Positions 34,501 through 47,165 of a stretch of 64,000 nt of DNA are shown here, one piece after another. How positions within the stretch are numbered: the stretch's first letter is position 1; every line of letters begins with the position of its first letter. Under the pieces are notes generated by a model that was not told the origin of the DNA, did not search any database, and saw nothing but the letters and a program-made list of their open reading frames with translations. Source of the stretch: Azolla caroliniana (taxonomy: Eukaryota > Plantae > Polypodiophyta); assembly GCA_043228905.1 (NCBI GenBank), contig JBHGNT010000016.1, positions 5,084,001-5,148,000 of the forward strand, in the 5' to 3' direction. The position numbers and the translations under genes were made by a program.

Positions 34501-36939
34501 TGGAACTCTCTCGGAATATTTTTCATGAGAATACTAACATGTCTCTTAAATAGTAAATTAATCCAAACATGAGTAGATTTTTAAGAAATTTGAAACACAT
34601 ATCACTCTCTTATCATCCAAATAATAATTCTATCAATGCTCCACGAATATATATATATATATAAGTCATGATTGCATACCATGTTATGGAAGATATACTC
34701 AAGATGTCGTAGGCTATCACAAGATATCTTATCGTTCAATGTCATTTTGGGAGCAATTTGTTAGTGTGCATGACATCAAACAAAAAACATGAATGATGTT
34801 TTCATTGAATGCAACATAAAACCATTTACCAAAGGCAAGACTCAAAGTAAGGGCATGCATCTATGAGAAATAATTTTTGGATCAAGTTGGTGGGAACAAA
34901 CTAAAGTTTCTTATATGACGTATAAAGCCAAGTTTTTCATGTATACCCATTATTTATATTGTAATTTCTCAGTGATTTGATATTCTAGCTTGTAAAAATC
35001 TTGCATTTCATAGAAGATTCATACCTCGATTTGTTTGAATTCCCCATAAGATACTCTTAAAGTGTAGCATGAATAGCTTATATGGAGATTCAGAACAAGT
35101 TTAAAAGGCAATCTCTGTGATAATACCATTTGAAGGTTAATTAAACCCTACATTGAATTCATTTTTTTGTTTTTCTTTCAAATATATACTTACCTCAGAA
35201 ATCTGAACACTTAGATCTGATTGATTAACATTTCATCAGTATAAATATTTCCATGATCGTGCAAAATTGAGGTCATCAAGATTTGGAAACCAAGGGATTT
35301 TACTTTAGGTCATTTGCTTCATATTGTCACAATCGTTGCATCGTTCCAAGCCCACATGAACTAGCATGAACATACGTCAAATGTGGGGCTTAATTAGTGC
35401 CAAGTTTGGGCACGTTGGTGGTCTCACATGTGATTGTATGAACACAAACATTGAGATTTTCTCCACATGGATGGATGCTCTCACATGCAATTATACGAAT
35501 ACTCGGGGGGGGGGGCATGGATGGATGGTGCTATGCAAAAGAATAAATTGATGTTGTAAAAAGAAAATAGAAGTGTACCAATTTTTGTAGTAGGAATCCA
35601 TGACGCTACATATCCAATGATATTTAGATAGACTTCATAAATGAAATATATAAGATTAAGTGGATCTTTGGAATATAGAGAATCATCTGAAAACTTACAG
35701 TTTAGGTTTGAGATGAGAACCATTCCTCATGTGACATATCATGGCATATGCAACAAGTATGAGAATGTGGATTGTGAACCATCTTGAGGGTGAAATTTCT
35801 ATGAATGGTAACAATCCTTCGATGCAAAAAAAAAAGTATTTTTGACGTGAATATGTGAATTATTAAGTAGATTCTTACATAACAAATCATGATTGAAAGA
35901 CAATTGAGGAAGACATAATTGAAATCATACTAGAGTTACAAAATCAAAAGACAATATGTGAATTATTAAGTAGATTCTTACATAACAAATCATGATTGAA
36001 ACCCTGTTTTGAGGATTAGAAAGTGAATTCAGAAATAATGAGTTTGTGTCGGCAACAGATTTGCGGTTTGTAGATGCAAAATCAATCAGATTGTCCAAAT
36101 GAACACTTCGCAGGCAATGCATACGATATTTTGATGATTACTTATATGTATAGTTCTCGACCATATATGATATCATGCATTCAGTGATTATGTTTAGTTC
36201 TCAAGTTTCAATTATAACTAGAAGCCAATAAGTCTGCTATTTAGAATCACCATTTCATGACTGAGACCATGTTAGTTTTGTGTTCTCAGAATTTCCATAA
36301 TGCAGTTTCCATATATCTGTTGTCCGACCCAACCTCTGGTGCTACAACAAAAGGTTCTATTCATCATTTTGTAAAATGAAATGGGTTGTAGCCTCAGATT
36401 AAATATTTTTGCTGAGCACCAATATGTTATATAGCAAGTTCCATGCCTTGATAAAACAGTCTATGCATCGGATTGTTCATTGTCTTAGTGATTCCTACCC
36501 TATTAACCTCAACCTCTGTATTCATTACAGCTTTCCCTGCAGCTCCTCCTGTAGATAAAGATGCCATTTGTGAACCCATCTCTGGTTCCTTACTGTACAG
36601 AATTTGAGTGAGTGGTGCTACAATTCCTACCACTACCAAATTTGAGATGCAGCTTCTGTTGATGAACTGCTATACAACGGTGACCCCGACAAACTGATTT
36701 CTATATGGGTCATGAGTGGGAGCTAATTAGTCAAGGAAGTTTCTCTAACAGAATGTCTGACAGAATGTCTCTAGGAGTTTCTGGTACTTGCTGATCACAT
36801 CTAATATGCATGTTCGGTATTGCTGGCCTATTCAAAATTTCTCTATACAGTGCTAGACATTGTCCTTTGTTGGCTTTTAGTTTGATCAGAGAAACTACCA
36901 AGAATGAGTCTGCTACCTAGCAAGTCCCACACATTGGTT

Positions 36940-38904
36940 TCAAGCTACACAGTTTTTCTGTCTCATGGATTCAATATTTTCTGCATCCTCTTGTAGGCCC
37001 CTTGCTGCCAAAACCTTACTCATACAAACATAGGCTGCACTGTTAGTTTTATCAAGATATACCGCTTGTTCAAAAGCCAATCTTGCCAATCTATAATTAC
37101 CCCATTTTTGGCATGCACTCAACAAGGCCATCCACATTGGATAATGAGAAAATGACGATTTTTTTATCGTAGTCATTGCCTTATCAAAGAAACCAGCATG
37201 ACCAAAAAGATCAACCATACAGGTGTAGTGTTGTCTATTGGGTGCAATGCCATAGTTTCTACTCAATTTTGCGAAACACATCTGGCCCTTCTCCACTAGC
37301 CCTGAATGACTACATGCAGTCAACACACAAAGAAAAGTAACTTCATTTGGTGATTGTCCTTTTTCTAACATTAGCTCAAAACACTCCACAGCTTCCTCCC
37401 CCTGGCCCTCTTGAGTATATCCCGAGATTAATGCTGTCCACGCAACCACATCTTTCACAAGAAGCTCATCAAAAACTTTTCGCGCTCTTTCTAGTTGACT
37501 GCATTTCACATACATATCCACTAATGCATTTCCGAGCTCAATATCCTTTTCTAGCAATCCTTTACTGAATATTTCATTATGAATTTGTATACCCTTATGA
37601 AGTGCACCTATGCTGGAGCACGTCTTAAGGATGCACATGAAACTAACTACATCCGGATAGAACCCTTCATTGCGCATCTGTTCAAACTGATTTAGTGCTT
37701 CTTGATATTGCCCTTGTTGAGTATACCCAGCAATGAGAGCTGACCACGAGACTAAACTCCGTATGGGAAGTTCATCAAACACTTCTTGTGCTTTTCCAAA
37801 CTCCCCACATTTAGCATACATACCCATCAAAGCAGTGCCCAGGGCAGCATCCTCTCGCAACAAGCCTTTGAGCAAAATCTCGTCATGAATTTGTTTGCCC
37901 TTCATAACAGAACCCATGTTCCCACATGTGTTCAAGGCACAAGTAAAGGTAATCGCATCAGGGGAAAACCCATCACTTTGCATTTGTTCAAGGCACTTCA
38001 ATGCAAATTCACCCTGTCCAATTTGGGCATATCCATCAATAAGTGCATTCCACGAGACTATGTCCCTAACATGGAGCTCATTGAACAAGTGGTGTGCTTT
38101 CGTGAGCATACCAAATTTAGCGTACATACTGACTAAGGCATTCCCAAGAACGTTATGCTTTACAAACAAACCCTTCTCAACAATCTCATTATGAATTTGT
38201 TTGCCTTCATCAATTGCTCCTACACTAGCACATGCCTTCAACATAGTAGCAAAAGTGATCACATCAGGAGAAACGCCATCACTCTGCATACGTTTAAAAC
38301 AATACATTGCATTTTTGCCTTGTCCTTGTTGAAGAAACCCTGCCATAATTGTGTTCCAAGAAACAACATCTCGGTTAGGAAGCTCACCAAGGACTTGCTT
38401 TGCTTTCTCCAACATACCACATTTAGCATACATGTCAATGAGGGCATTTCCAAGAATGGCATCTTTTCCCAATAATCCTGACCCAAGAATCTCTTTGTGG
38501 ATTTTCTGGCCCTTATCAATGGCTCCTATGCTACCGCATGCCTTGAGGATGCAAGTGAAAGTGATCACATCTGGAGAGAGGCCTTCATTCACCATCTGTT
38601 CGAAACAAGACAATGCTTTCTCACCCTGCCCTTCCTTATTATATCCAGACATGAGTGTGGACCAAGATACTACATCCCGGAGGGGAAGCTCCTCAAGAAC
38701 TTCTTTTGCTTTGATTAATGCATTACATTTGACATACATACAGATTAAAGCATTGCCTAAGTAACAACTCTTTTGGAGTAATCCTTTTTTTACAATATCT
38801 ACATGTATAATAGTGCCTTTGTATAGATCCTTCTTCTCGGCACAACCTTTCAGTGAGGCTGCATAGGCAGCAACATCTTTGCAGAAGTCAGAGGTACTTC
38901 CCAT
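36940..38904 (-). CDS. PLS-class pentatricopeptide repeat protein with E domain, no DYW
   Basis: 654-aa ORF of regular P-L-S triplets (LGNALIDMYAKCG..RDVVSWN..PDVITF..LKAC), TACSHSGLV, HYTCMVDL, WMALLSAC. The N-terminus may extend upstream. Confidence 0.93.
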   Translation of the reverse strand: MGSTSDFCKDVAAYAASLKGCAEKKDLYKGTIIHVDIVKKGLLQKSCYLGNALICMYVKCNALIKAKEVLEELPLRDVVSWSTLMSGYNKEGQGEKALSCFEQMVNEGLSPDVITFTCILKACGSIGAIDKGQKIHKEILGSGLLGKDAILGNALIDMYAKCGMLEKAKQVLGELPNRDVVSWNTIMAGFLQQGQGKNAMYCFKRMQSDGVSPDVITFATMLKACASVGAIDEGKQIHNEIVEKGLFVKHNVLGNALVSMYAKFGMLTKAHHLFNELHVRDIVSWNALIDGYAQIGQGEFALKCLEQMQSDGFSPDAITFTCALNTCGNMGSVMKGKQIHDEILLKGLLREDAALGTALMGMYAKCGEFGKAQEVFDELPIRSLVSWSALIAGYTQQGQYQEALNQFEQMRNEGFYPDVVSFMCILKTCSSIGALHKGIQIHNEIFSKGLLEKDIELGNALVDMYVKCSQLERARKVFDELLVKDVVAWTALISGYTQEGQGEEAVECFELMLEKGQSPNEVTFLCVLTACSHSGLVEKGQMCFAKLSRNYGIAPNRQHYTCMVDLFGHAGFFDKAMTTIKKSSFSHYPMWMALLSACQKWGNYRLARLAFEQAVYLDKTNSAAYVCMSKVLAARGLQEDAENIESMRQKNCVA

Positions 38905-39235
38905 ATCTCTTATTCCTTCTTATACATTTCATACATAGAGATCTCCATATGGAAACCCAAAACCAAATCTTCTTGACTTCTTTGCCAGTCCATCATAGAA
39001 CCTGAAACTTTACTTCTTTTATATTTATAGGTTGAGGCCTCCTAAACCAAAACCTTTAAACCATATCTTTTTTCCTTTTTTCATTCCTCCTTGCTCTTTC
39101 TCCTCTATAAGAATTCTTCAACCGGAATGATGACAGCAATGCAGGGGAGAAGAAAACATATGCAAGAAGTTGTATATTATAATGGGTGTTTCATCATCAA
39201 AATGATGAGAAAGAGAAGATGAAAACCCAAACACA

Positions 39236-39658
39236 ACAAGAACAGAGTCAGAAACAAAAATGTTCTTTGATTTTTATCTGGAAACAAAAGAAAAACAGTT
39301 TATAGACTCAAACATACAATACAATGTTCTAACAAAAAAACAGTGTCTCTTTACAACATAGCCAACCAAAAGATTACTTTCATCTCATGTCTTACTTCCT
39401 GATGAGATGAAAACCCATTTCCAATTTTTTGTTCACGATGTATCTCAGAACAAGAACAGAGTCAGAAACAAAAATATTTTTTCCCTTTTATCTGGAAACA
39501 AAAGAAAAACAGTTTATAGACTCAAACATACAATATATGTTCTAACAAAACAACAGTGTCTCTTTTCAACATAGCCAACCAAAAGATTACTTTCATCTCA
39601 TGTCTTACTTCCTGATGAGATGAAAACCCATTTCAAATTTTTTGTTCACGATGTATCT
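39236..39658. repeat. Tandem duplication, 2 x ~214 bp
   Basis: acaagaacagagtcagaaac...gttcacgatgtatct at 39236 and 39450. Confidence 0.9.
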
Positions 39659-40250
39659 GTTCACACTTAAATTAGCAAAATGCCACATCAAAATCTACAC
39701 ATATTGAGGGTAGAGCATGAGAAGACCTTCACATCGATTGCTATTGCTTTCTTTCGCCACAATGAGAAAGAAGCCTGCAGCGATAGAGGAATTAATCTTT
39801 TTGCGCGATTAGGAGAAGACCATCATTTCGCTTGATGTGCTAGAAATGATCGATACAGTAACGACAGGATGTGCTACCAATTGTTCAACAGTTTCATAAA
39901 AATCAACGTCGTGTTGACGGCCTTGTCAAGGCACAGTGTAAATTATTAGCTAGGAAATGCCATTTTTGTCTCCAAAATTAATCGCCATGTGACCACAATC
40001 TTAGTGAAGTTAATTAACGAACAATTAAGGTTTGAAAGATGGGCAATCGCAGTTAATTTAACAAATAGCTAGATGGCTCTACCATTAGCCCGTCGAACTA
40101 CTTCTTACACCCTGCCCGAAGCAAATACTCTACTTCCATACCCTTAACACCGACCCATGGAATTCGGTTGCCCAACACTTCCAATATGCCTAATACTTCC
40201 CCCTATCTTTATAGTCATTAAATTGGGTGTGATTTGGTGATTTCCGTTAG

Positions 40251-40626
40251 CAATTGGCACGGTTCCGTTTCAAGGCGAAGAAACCAAACCGTTTAGGGAA
40301 AAGTTGAAACCAAACCGAACCATTTAATAAAAAATTTAAACCTAACCATTTAAATCAAATTAATTAAATATCTAAATAAACAAAAATACATTAAATTAAA
40401 TAAGCATTTAAGTTAAATTTATTAAATCAATAAATTACCATTAATTAAACCATTAAAATAATAAACTGTTACGGTAAAAAAAAAGTTAACCAAAAACCTA
40501 TAAACCCGAGTTTTAGAACCGAACCGTTTATTGAAAATCCAAACCATTCAATTTTTCTGGAACCAATAAATCGTCAAACCATGGCTTAACGGTTTGGTTT
40601 GGTTTGAGCCGAAACCATGCCCATTG
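40251..40626. mobile_element. MITE-like DNA transposon remnant
   Basis: Imperfect 23-bp TIRs (18/23), AAACC/AACCG subterminal repeats, AT-rich core. No TSD found. Confidence 0.55.
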
Positions 40627-42752
40627 AAAAAAATTCATCATGAAGTTTAACCTTATTCATCATCCAGATAGACTCAATTTTTCTAACTCAGTATTTCTAA
40701 CTCCAACTAGTTCTTATCCTATCGTTCCAAGATTCTCCAACAAAGGAAATTGCACCACTTTGTGAGCAATGTCAGGTGGAGGAAAACCATTATGCACCCT
40801 ACATTTCAAACATCCTAGCAACCAACACACTCTTTTCTCTCTCTTCCTCTTTTGCTCGTGTGTCGCTAATTTAACAATCAATCCTAGCACAAGATGGCAT
40901 CCAAAAGGTTTTTATATGCCAACTACTATGAATGGGTTGGACACAATTTTTCTCCTCTTCCTCTTGCTCCACCATTATTAATGCGCTTCCAAAGTATTAA
41001 TGTCCCTTCTTAGGAAGGGGACACATCATGAAAAGCTTTAATCATTTGAAGCAATGTTTGTAAGTTGAGCTCATATATTGTTTGTAATTGTCTTTGGGAA
41101 TACATTGCGCATATATTTATTCTTTCTCTGAATATGTTGAACGTATGTTTTATTTCTTTTATCATAATTAGTTTACCCCAGTGGTAAGTTGTTTACATTA
41201 CTAGCATTACATCTTGGGTTCAAAACCTAAATCTCTCACCTCTAAATTACTCCATAGATATCTCTTATTTCACTAGATGCCATCGCAGAATGTAGGGGTT
41301 GAACCCATGACCACCTAGTCTCCATTGGGCAACCTTAACAACTGATTTACATCCATCTCAGCTCTCTCTCTCCCTCTCCCTCTCTCTCTCTTGTTTGTTT
41401 ACACACTATCCAATTTTCTCACCTCTCTATTACTCCATTCATATTTGTTAATTCACCAGATGCCACTATGGAATGTAATGGTTGAACCCATGCCTCATGA
41501 TCTCCAATGTAGACCCATGTTCCACCTAAGTGTATCAGTTTTCTCACTCTAAATTCAACCAATTGGTAAGGCTACATGTGATTTCCATTCAACTAACTCT
41601 AATGTTGACTGCTCAGGCCGAGGGGGTTTCATCATTCATTACATTGTAAGAGAAGGATTGCTAAATTGTCTTCCGACACAAGCTTAATTACTTTCATCCT
41701 AGCACGGATACAAGCTTCCATTATCTTATGCAACAGCATTGCTTTAGAAATTTTAAATTAATAAACATGTAAACGAAGCTGAGTATATTCAGAATACCGA
41801 ATTTAACTGCAGTCTCAAACACTTCCATGCTCTATTAGATATTCATTTAAACCTCCCTGCATGAACTTTGACAATACCTTTCAGGAGGAAAAAATGCCAG
41901 GACCTTCAACATATTTCTTAATTTCTTGCCAGGAACTTGAAAATATTTTTGTTATGCACAATTATGCCATAGCACATATATTAGTTTGATTTTCCATATC
42001 TCATCATATACCAAGCAGTTAAACCAACTTGACAAAATTTTCTAAACTTTGAACCCATAATATATTGTCAATGATCTCTGCCAAGCAGACCCAGCATTTC
42101 ATCGCACCTAAACCTCTAAATGCAATTAACCCATTTAAGTTAATGCTGATATAGCATTCATAAACCTTGTTTTTTTAAACAAATCCACATGTTCATATGC
42201 ACTCATTAAACACAGATTAGTGGGAATTGTATTACATGGTGTACCAAAAGTAGGCCAGGTCTTTTCATATTGTTACATTATTTACTCTGTAATTTTTAAA
42301 AATGGCCGTGTATATGACTGTTAAAAAATGATTATTTTTAAGGGTATGTCAGCTCTTATTAGCAGAGCCTGAATCCACATCCCAATGTCTCAAATGTATG
42401 TCCTTCGGTTGCCTTCAAAGCCCAAATTGTTTTGTTCATATGTGATCCTGTCTACATACAGATTCTACAATAACTTACTGTTCCTTTCTATATAGAGATC
42501 ATCTCTCCACCGTATCTACATAGAAGAATTGCTATCATTATCAAGCAAATTAATATCCTCCACAGCAGCTCTACCCTCACATATAAGACATTCCATGGGT
42601 GGGTACACCCTGCAAATTATATTATTTGAAATCAAACACAAGCATTGGTCCTGACTCTTTGAAACTCATAGAGGCTGTTTGAGGATTAAATTATTTGCAT
42701 ATGAAGCAGCATGCCATAGCTTCAAATCTGATAATGGAAAAATAGCATTCGA

Positions 42753-45128
42753 CTAAAATAGATCCCCACAGGAACACAACCCATCTTTGAAGTGATGGAT
42801 GCAACAGTCATCTTTAAGAATAATCTCTCGTTTTTCAATTTGGGATATTAATTTACTCGCACTATGGCAGTCATTACACATTCTCATATTTTTTGACACA
42901 CGCAAAGTGGTTCCCTGTGGTGTGCTTATCAAACCAAATGCAATAGCTAATTTCTCTGCATGCTCATGTAACGCTGTCTCTTTTCTCATGTCTGAAATTT
43001 GTCTTGAAATAAGATTGAGATTTGGCATGTGCCCTTCATACTTGACATTTAAACCAAGAGAATGTAACTTCAATGCAATTTCATTGGTATATTGACTTCC
43101 CACTACAAACTTGTGTACCTTATTGTTCACTTCTATAGAAGCAATCCCAGGTTTCTTCCATGCCCCTATATGCTTCCGTATTTTTTCAACTCTATGTGCA
43201 TCATCCAATCTACCAGCACTAGACAAAATATCTGTCATTAACGCATACCACGCACCGTCCTTTGGGACAATTTTGCAAAGATTATCAAAACACCTTAATC
43301 CTAATTCGACCTCCCCATATGTTTTACATGCACTCAACAAAGCTCCCCATGTTCCCTCTGATGCAGGACATTGTGCTTCAAAAAACCTCTCTGCATGATA
43401 AGTGTTCCCTGATCTTGCAAGAATATCAATCATGCACACGTAATGTTCTATACTTGGTACAACATCATACATTTCTCTCATCCTGTTGAAGTACTCCTGA
43501 GCCTTACTTTCATGACCAGTATGAGAGCATGCATTAAGAAGGCAAGTGAAAGTGATAGCATCTGGTTTTATGCCCCGTTTTACCATTTCCTCAAAGCATT
43601 GTATTGCCATATCTCCTTCATGATTCATTCCATATCCTCTTATCATTTCACTCCAAGCAATAACATCTTTTATTTTCATCTTTTGAAATATATCCAGAGC
43701 TTCTACCAGAGATTCACACTCAATATACATGCTCATCAAGCTGATATCAATGGATGGATCCTCTTCTAATCCTCTTTCTACAACCTGTATGTGAATTTTT
43801 CTCCCTTTCTCAATGGCTCCGATATTACCACATGCATCTAAAAGAGAAACAAATGATATAACATTGGGAACTACACCCTCAAGAGACATTTTTTCCAAAC
43901 AACTCAAAGCCTCTTGATACCACCCATGTTGAGCATATCCTCCAATTAATGTTGTCCATGCCACAACATTCCGGTTTGGAAGATTTTCAAAGACAAAGCA
44001 TGCCTCCTTAAGGGAACCACATGTTGAATACATATCAATCAAAGAGTTCCCAGCATAAGAAACTTTTTCGAATCCTTTCAGTATGATTTCTGTGTGTACT
44101 TTTCGTCCTTCATCTATGTCTCCTATGCAAGTGCAAGCTTTTGCAACTGATGAAAGCATGATGGCATCACAAGTCCTACCAGTCATAACCATCTTTTCAT
44201 AGCAAGTCAAAGCATCTTGACCCAATCCCTGGTCAGTATACCCAGATATTAATGCAGTCCATGAAATTTCATCATGAAATAACATACAATCAAAGATTTC
44301 TTGTGCCTCGACCATCCGACCAAATTTGGCATACATGCTAATCAATGTGTTCTCCACCTGTAGATTCTCTAACCCAACTTCAACAACTTTTTTGTGCATT
44401 TCTTGACCCTCATAAAATGCACCAATATCACCACAAGCTTTCAGACAACATGTTAACGTCACAGAATCGGGTGTGATACCATCAAACTGCATCTCTTTAA
44501 AGCATCTTAATGCTTCTTCACCAAGACCATGATCTACATATCCAGAAATCAATGCATTCCAAGAAACAAGCCCTGGTGACTGCAAACATTTAAAGATCTC
44601 TTCTGCTATTATAAAAGAACCACATTTAGCATACATATCAATTAATGCACTTGAAACGAACAAATCATGTTCCAATCCCTTCATTTTCATCTCATCATGA
44701 ATAGATCGACCGCGCACAATATCCTTTGATCTAGCACAACCTTTCAACATGGAAACTGCTGTATAAGTGGATGGATCTATGTCATCTTTCTTCATGTGCT
44801 CATAAATGTGAAATGCCTCGTCTGGTTCTCCCTCATCAAAATACGCTGATATAAGAGCCGTCCATGAGCTCTCATACCTGTAAGGAAGTTTTCTGAAAGC
44901 TTTTCTAGCATCACTGATACTACCACATTCCACAAACATGGTCACAGAATAGTTTCCTAAAGCTTTATGGTAATCTAGACCTATGTTACACATGTGTGTT
45001 TCTACATGTTTTGCATGTTCCAAGCTTTTGTTTTTCCTGCAACTGTGGATAAGGGAAGGGAAGACGTCAAACCTTGGCAATTCACTCTGCGAGAGTGAGA
45101 GAGCAAGAGACTCTTCGATTCCAGCCAT
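42753..45128 (-). CDS. PLS-class PPR protein with DYW:KP-type deaminase domain (candidate U-to-C RNA editing factor)
   Basis: PLS repeats, E1/E2, then KKPGIASIEV, HAEKLA, VSKNMRMCNDCH, HHFKDGLCSCGDLF. First in-frame ATG at 45128; the frame is open to 45173. Confidence 0.93.
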   Translation of the reverse strand: MAGIEESLALSLSQSELPRFDVFPSLIHSCRKNKSLEHAKHVETHMCNIGLDYHKALGNYSVTMFVECGSISDARKAFRKLPYRYESSWTALISAYFDEGEPDEAFHIYEHMKKDDIDPSTYTAVSMLKGCARSKDIVRGRSIHDEMKMKGLEHDLFVSSALIDMYAKCGSFIIAEEIFKCLQSPGLVSWNALISGYVDHGLGEEALRCFKEMQFDGITPDSVTLTCCLKACGDIGAFYEGQEMHKKVVEVGLENLQVENTLISMYAKFGRMVEAQEIFDCMLFHDEISWTALISGYTDQGLGQDALTCYEKMVMTGRTCDAIMLSSVAKACTCIGDIDEGRKVHTEIILKGFEKVSYAGNSLIDMYSTCGSLKEACFVFENLPNRNVVAWTTLIGGYAQHGWYQEALSCLEKMSLEGVVPNVISFVSLLDACGNIGAIEKGRKIHIQVVERGLEEDPSIDISLMSMYIECESLVEALDIFQKMKIKDVIAWSEMIRGYGMNHEGDMAIQCFEEMVKRGIKPDAITFTCLLNACSHTGHESKAQEYFNRMREMYDVVPSIEHYVCMIDILARSGNTYHAERFFEAQCPASEGTWGALLSACKTYGEVELGLRCFDNLCKIVPKDGAWYALMTDILSSAGRLDDAHRVEKIRKHIGAWKKPGIASIEVNNKVHKFVVGSQYTNEIALKLHSLGLNVKYEGHMPNLNLISRQISDMRKETALHEHAEKLAIAFGLISTPQGTTLRVSKNMRMCNDCHSASKLISQIEKREIILKDDCCIHHFKDGLCSCGDLF

Positions 45129-47165
45129 CTCTGCCACTGACACAAGAAGCCCTGCTGTTAAATTACTGTTGGATCAATGAGGCAAGAAGGGCTCTTCTTC
45201 ACCTCCGTGCGAAGGCTCCATGGAAAGCTGTTGCTTCGCTGGTGGGGTGTGTCTGTGCTCTGGCCGTCGATATCGACAGGAATGAGGCTGTGGTAGTTTC
45301 ATCAAATACAAGTAAAACAGAGAAACTGTGGGTATGTTGTATGTGGCACACATGCATACATACATACATACATACACAGTGGGGGGGGGCAGTTTTAACC
45401 CAAAATACATAGAATAATTCTCGCCCTACCTATTGCTACGATAGGATGTTATAGTAGCTATGTAAAATTAATGTTTTGACATGTCAGACTTGAGCATGTA
45501 ACTTGCTGGACAAGTGCCCCTTCTTGGCCTTTGTGATATATCAGAAACTAGAGTTTTATTTGCCATATTCAAGAATCTTGCCCATTTCCACATTTCTTTT
45601 TCAATTTGCACTCTCAAACAAGATAGTTTGCATGTTTCATGTTTTTCTTTGTTTGAGCTATTATTGTAGACAATTTGTGATGGATGAGAATAAACATCTC
45701 AATGATCGTGCAAATTAAGCAACTACTCTCTCGCCTAAGGTGAAGTGTAGAATATTAGTGGCTGATTATAGGCATTTAAGAGCAAAAAAGATGCTGCTTG
45801 ATCCATTAACAATTCAAACTATAGTGTCTATAACACCAATCATTCCAGTAATTGGGATTGTATGGCAAGACATAATGCAAGTTCACTTAACTTTGATCAT
45901 GGATTATGGATGTGCTTAAAGATGTCTTAGAAAAGAATAGCTAATCTTAGCATCCACTTTTTAGCAAGTTTTAATTAACAGCAATAATGCAAGCATACAT
46001 TACTTTTAGTTCTTTTAGTTTCATTCAAAGGCCTTCTTATTCTTACAATTTTCTTCATATCATTAGATAAGTCCTGATATTTCTGTTCTCAATGGTATCA
46101 CCAGTAAGCACCGATAATGTACAAAGAATTTGGGGACAGACATTTGCTCTCTTCTCTCTTTGACCCCAGATCAAAATACCACATACATACAGTACAGTGT
46201 TTTGTAATGTTAAGTAGCATGATTATTATCTTGATTAAAGTTACGGCTGGAAAGATGCATTACCATACTTCATACAGTAAATTGTAATTCATATGCTTAC
46301 TAATTAATGCAAATAGCATACTTGTTATTTTGATCAATGATGCTTACCAGGCAGAGTTTAAGGAGAAATTAATGTTATTAAAAACAGAATTCTGTTTTAC
46401 AATTGCTACACGCTGACATTATTAAAAATGCAAGGGCTACTATTGATATATAGTAACCTACGAGGGGTATTTATTTTTCTCATAAATAAATATTGAATGA
46501 AATATATTTTGACTGAACAGAACTTGTTTCGAGCTCTACAATAATGTATTTAAATGCTCACTCTAATCAAGATCTACAATGAACCCTTGCAAACCATGAT
46601 CCTCAAAACAATGGGCAACCGATGCATAGAAGCAATGCATGCCGATAAACAAGTCCCATAAAACTTACAAAAAACAATTTCTAATCAGAAAGAATGGGTA
46701 CAAGTAAGACCTCAACTTTCTTCTTATATAGATCTTCCTTTCTCATCAAAAGAATGCACATGTCCACGTCCACATCCCCCTCAGTATCCAATAGGCACAA
46801 TTTTACAACACAACATCATTCCAAAACCGTCTGCAAAGGATTTGTTTTACTGTGCCAATGTAAACAGCAGAGGAACATCCATGGAGTTCTAAAAAAATGT
46901 GGAAGCCAACTGCTGTAATCATCAGAATTCGATCCATTGCTTTCTTGCTTTGAGCAATCCTGTCCAGTCTTTCGCACATGTCCCTACATAGCAGCAGACA
47001 AATCTACTCATTGTCCAAAAGCTAATGGAGCCATCAAAACTATGACAATGCAACAAACTGAGAACAGAATGAGTTTGACAGAATCAATCACAAGGAAATT
47101 ACCCTTCGCAATGATGAATTGTCGCGCTGATAAATGCATCTTAGATTACATTCACACAATTTCTA

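Noticed and set aside
32282-36000. Short duplications at ~32283-32340, ~33140-33315 and ~35850-36000, and small ORFs in the AT-rich intergenic region
   Set aside because: Ordinary local duplications with no coding or element signature.
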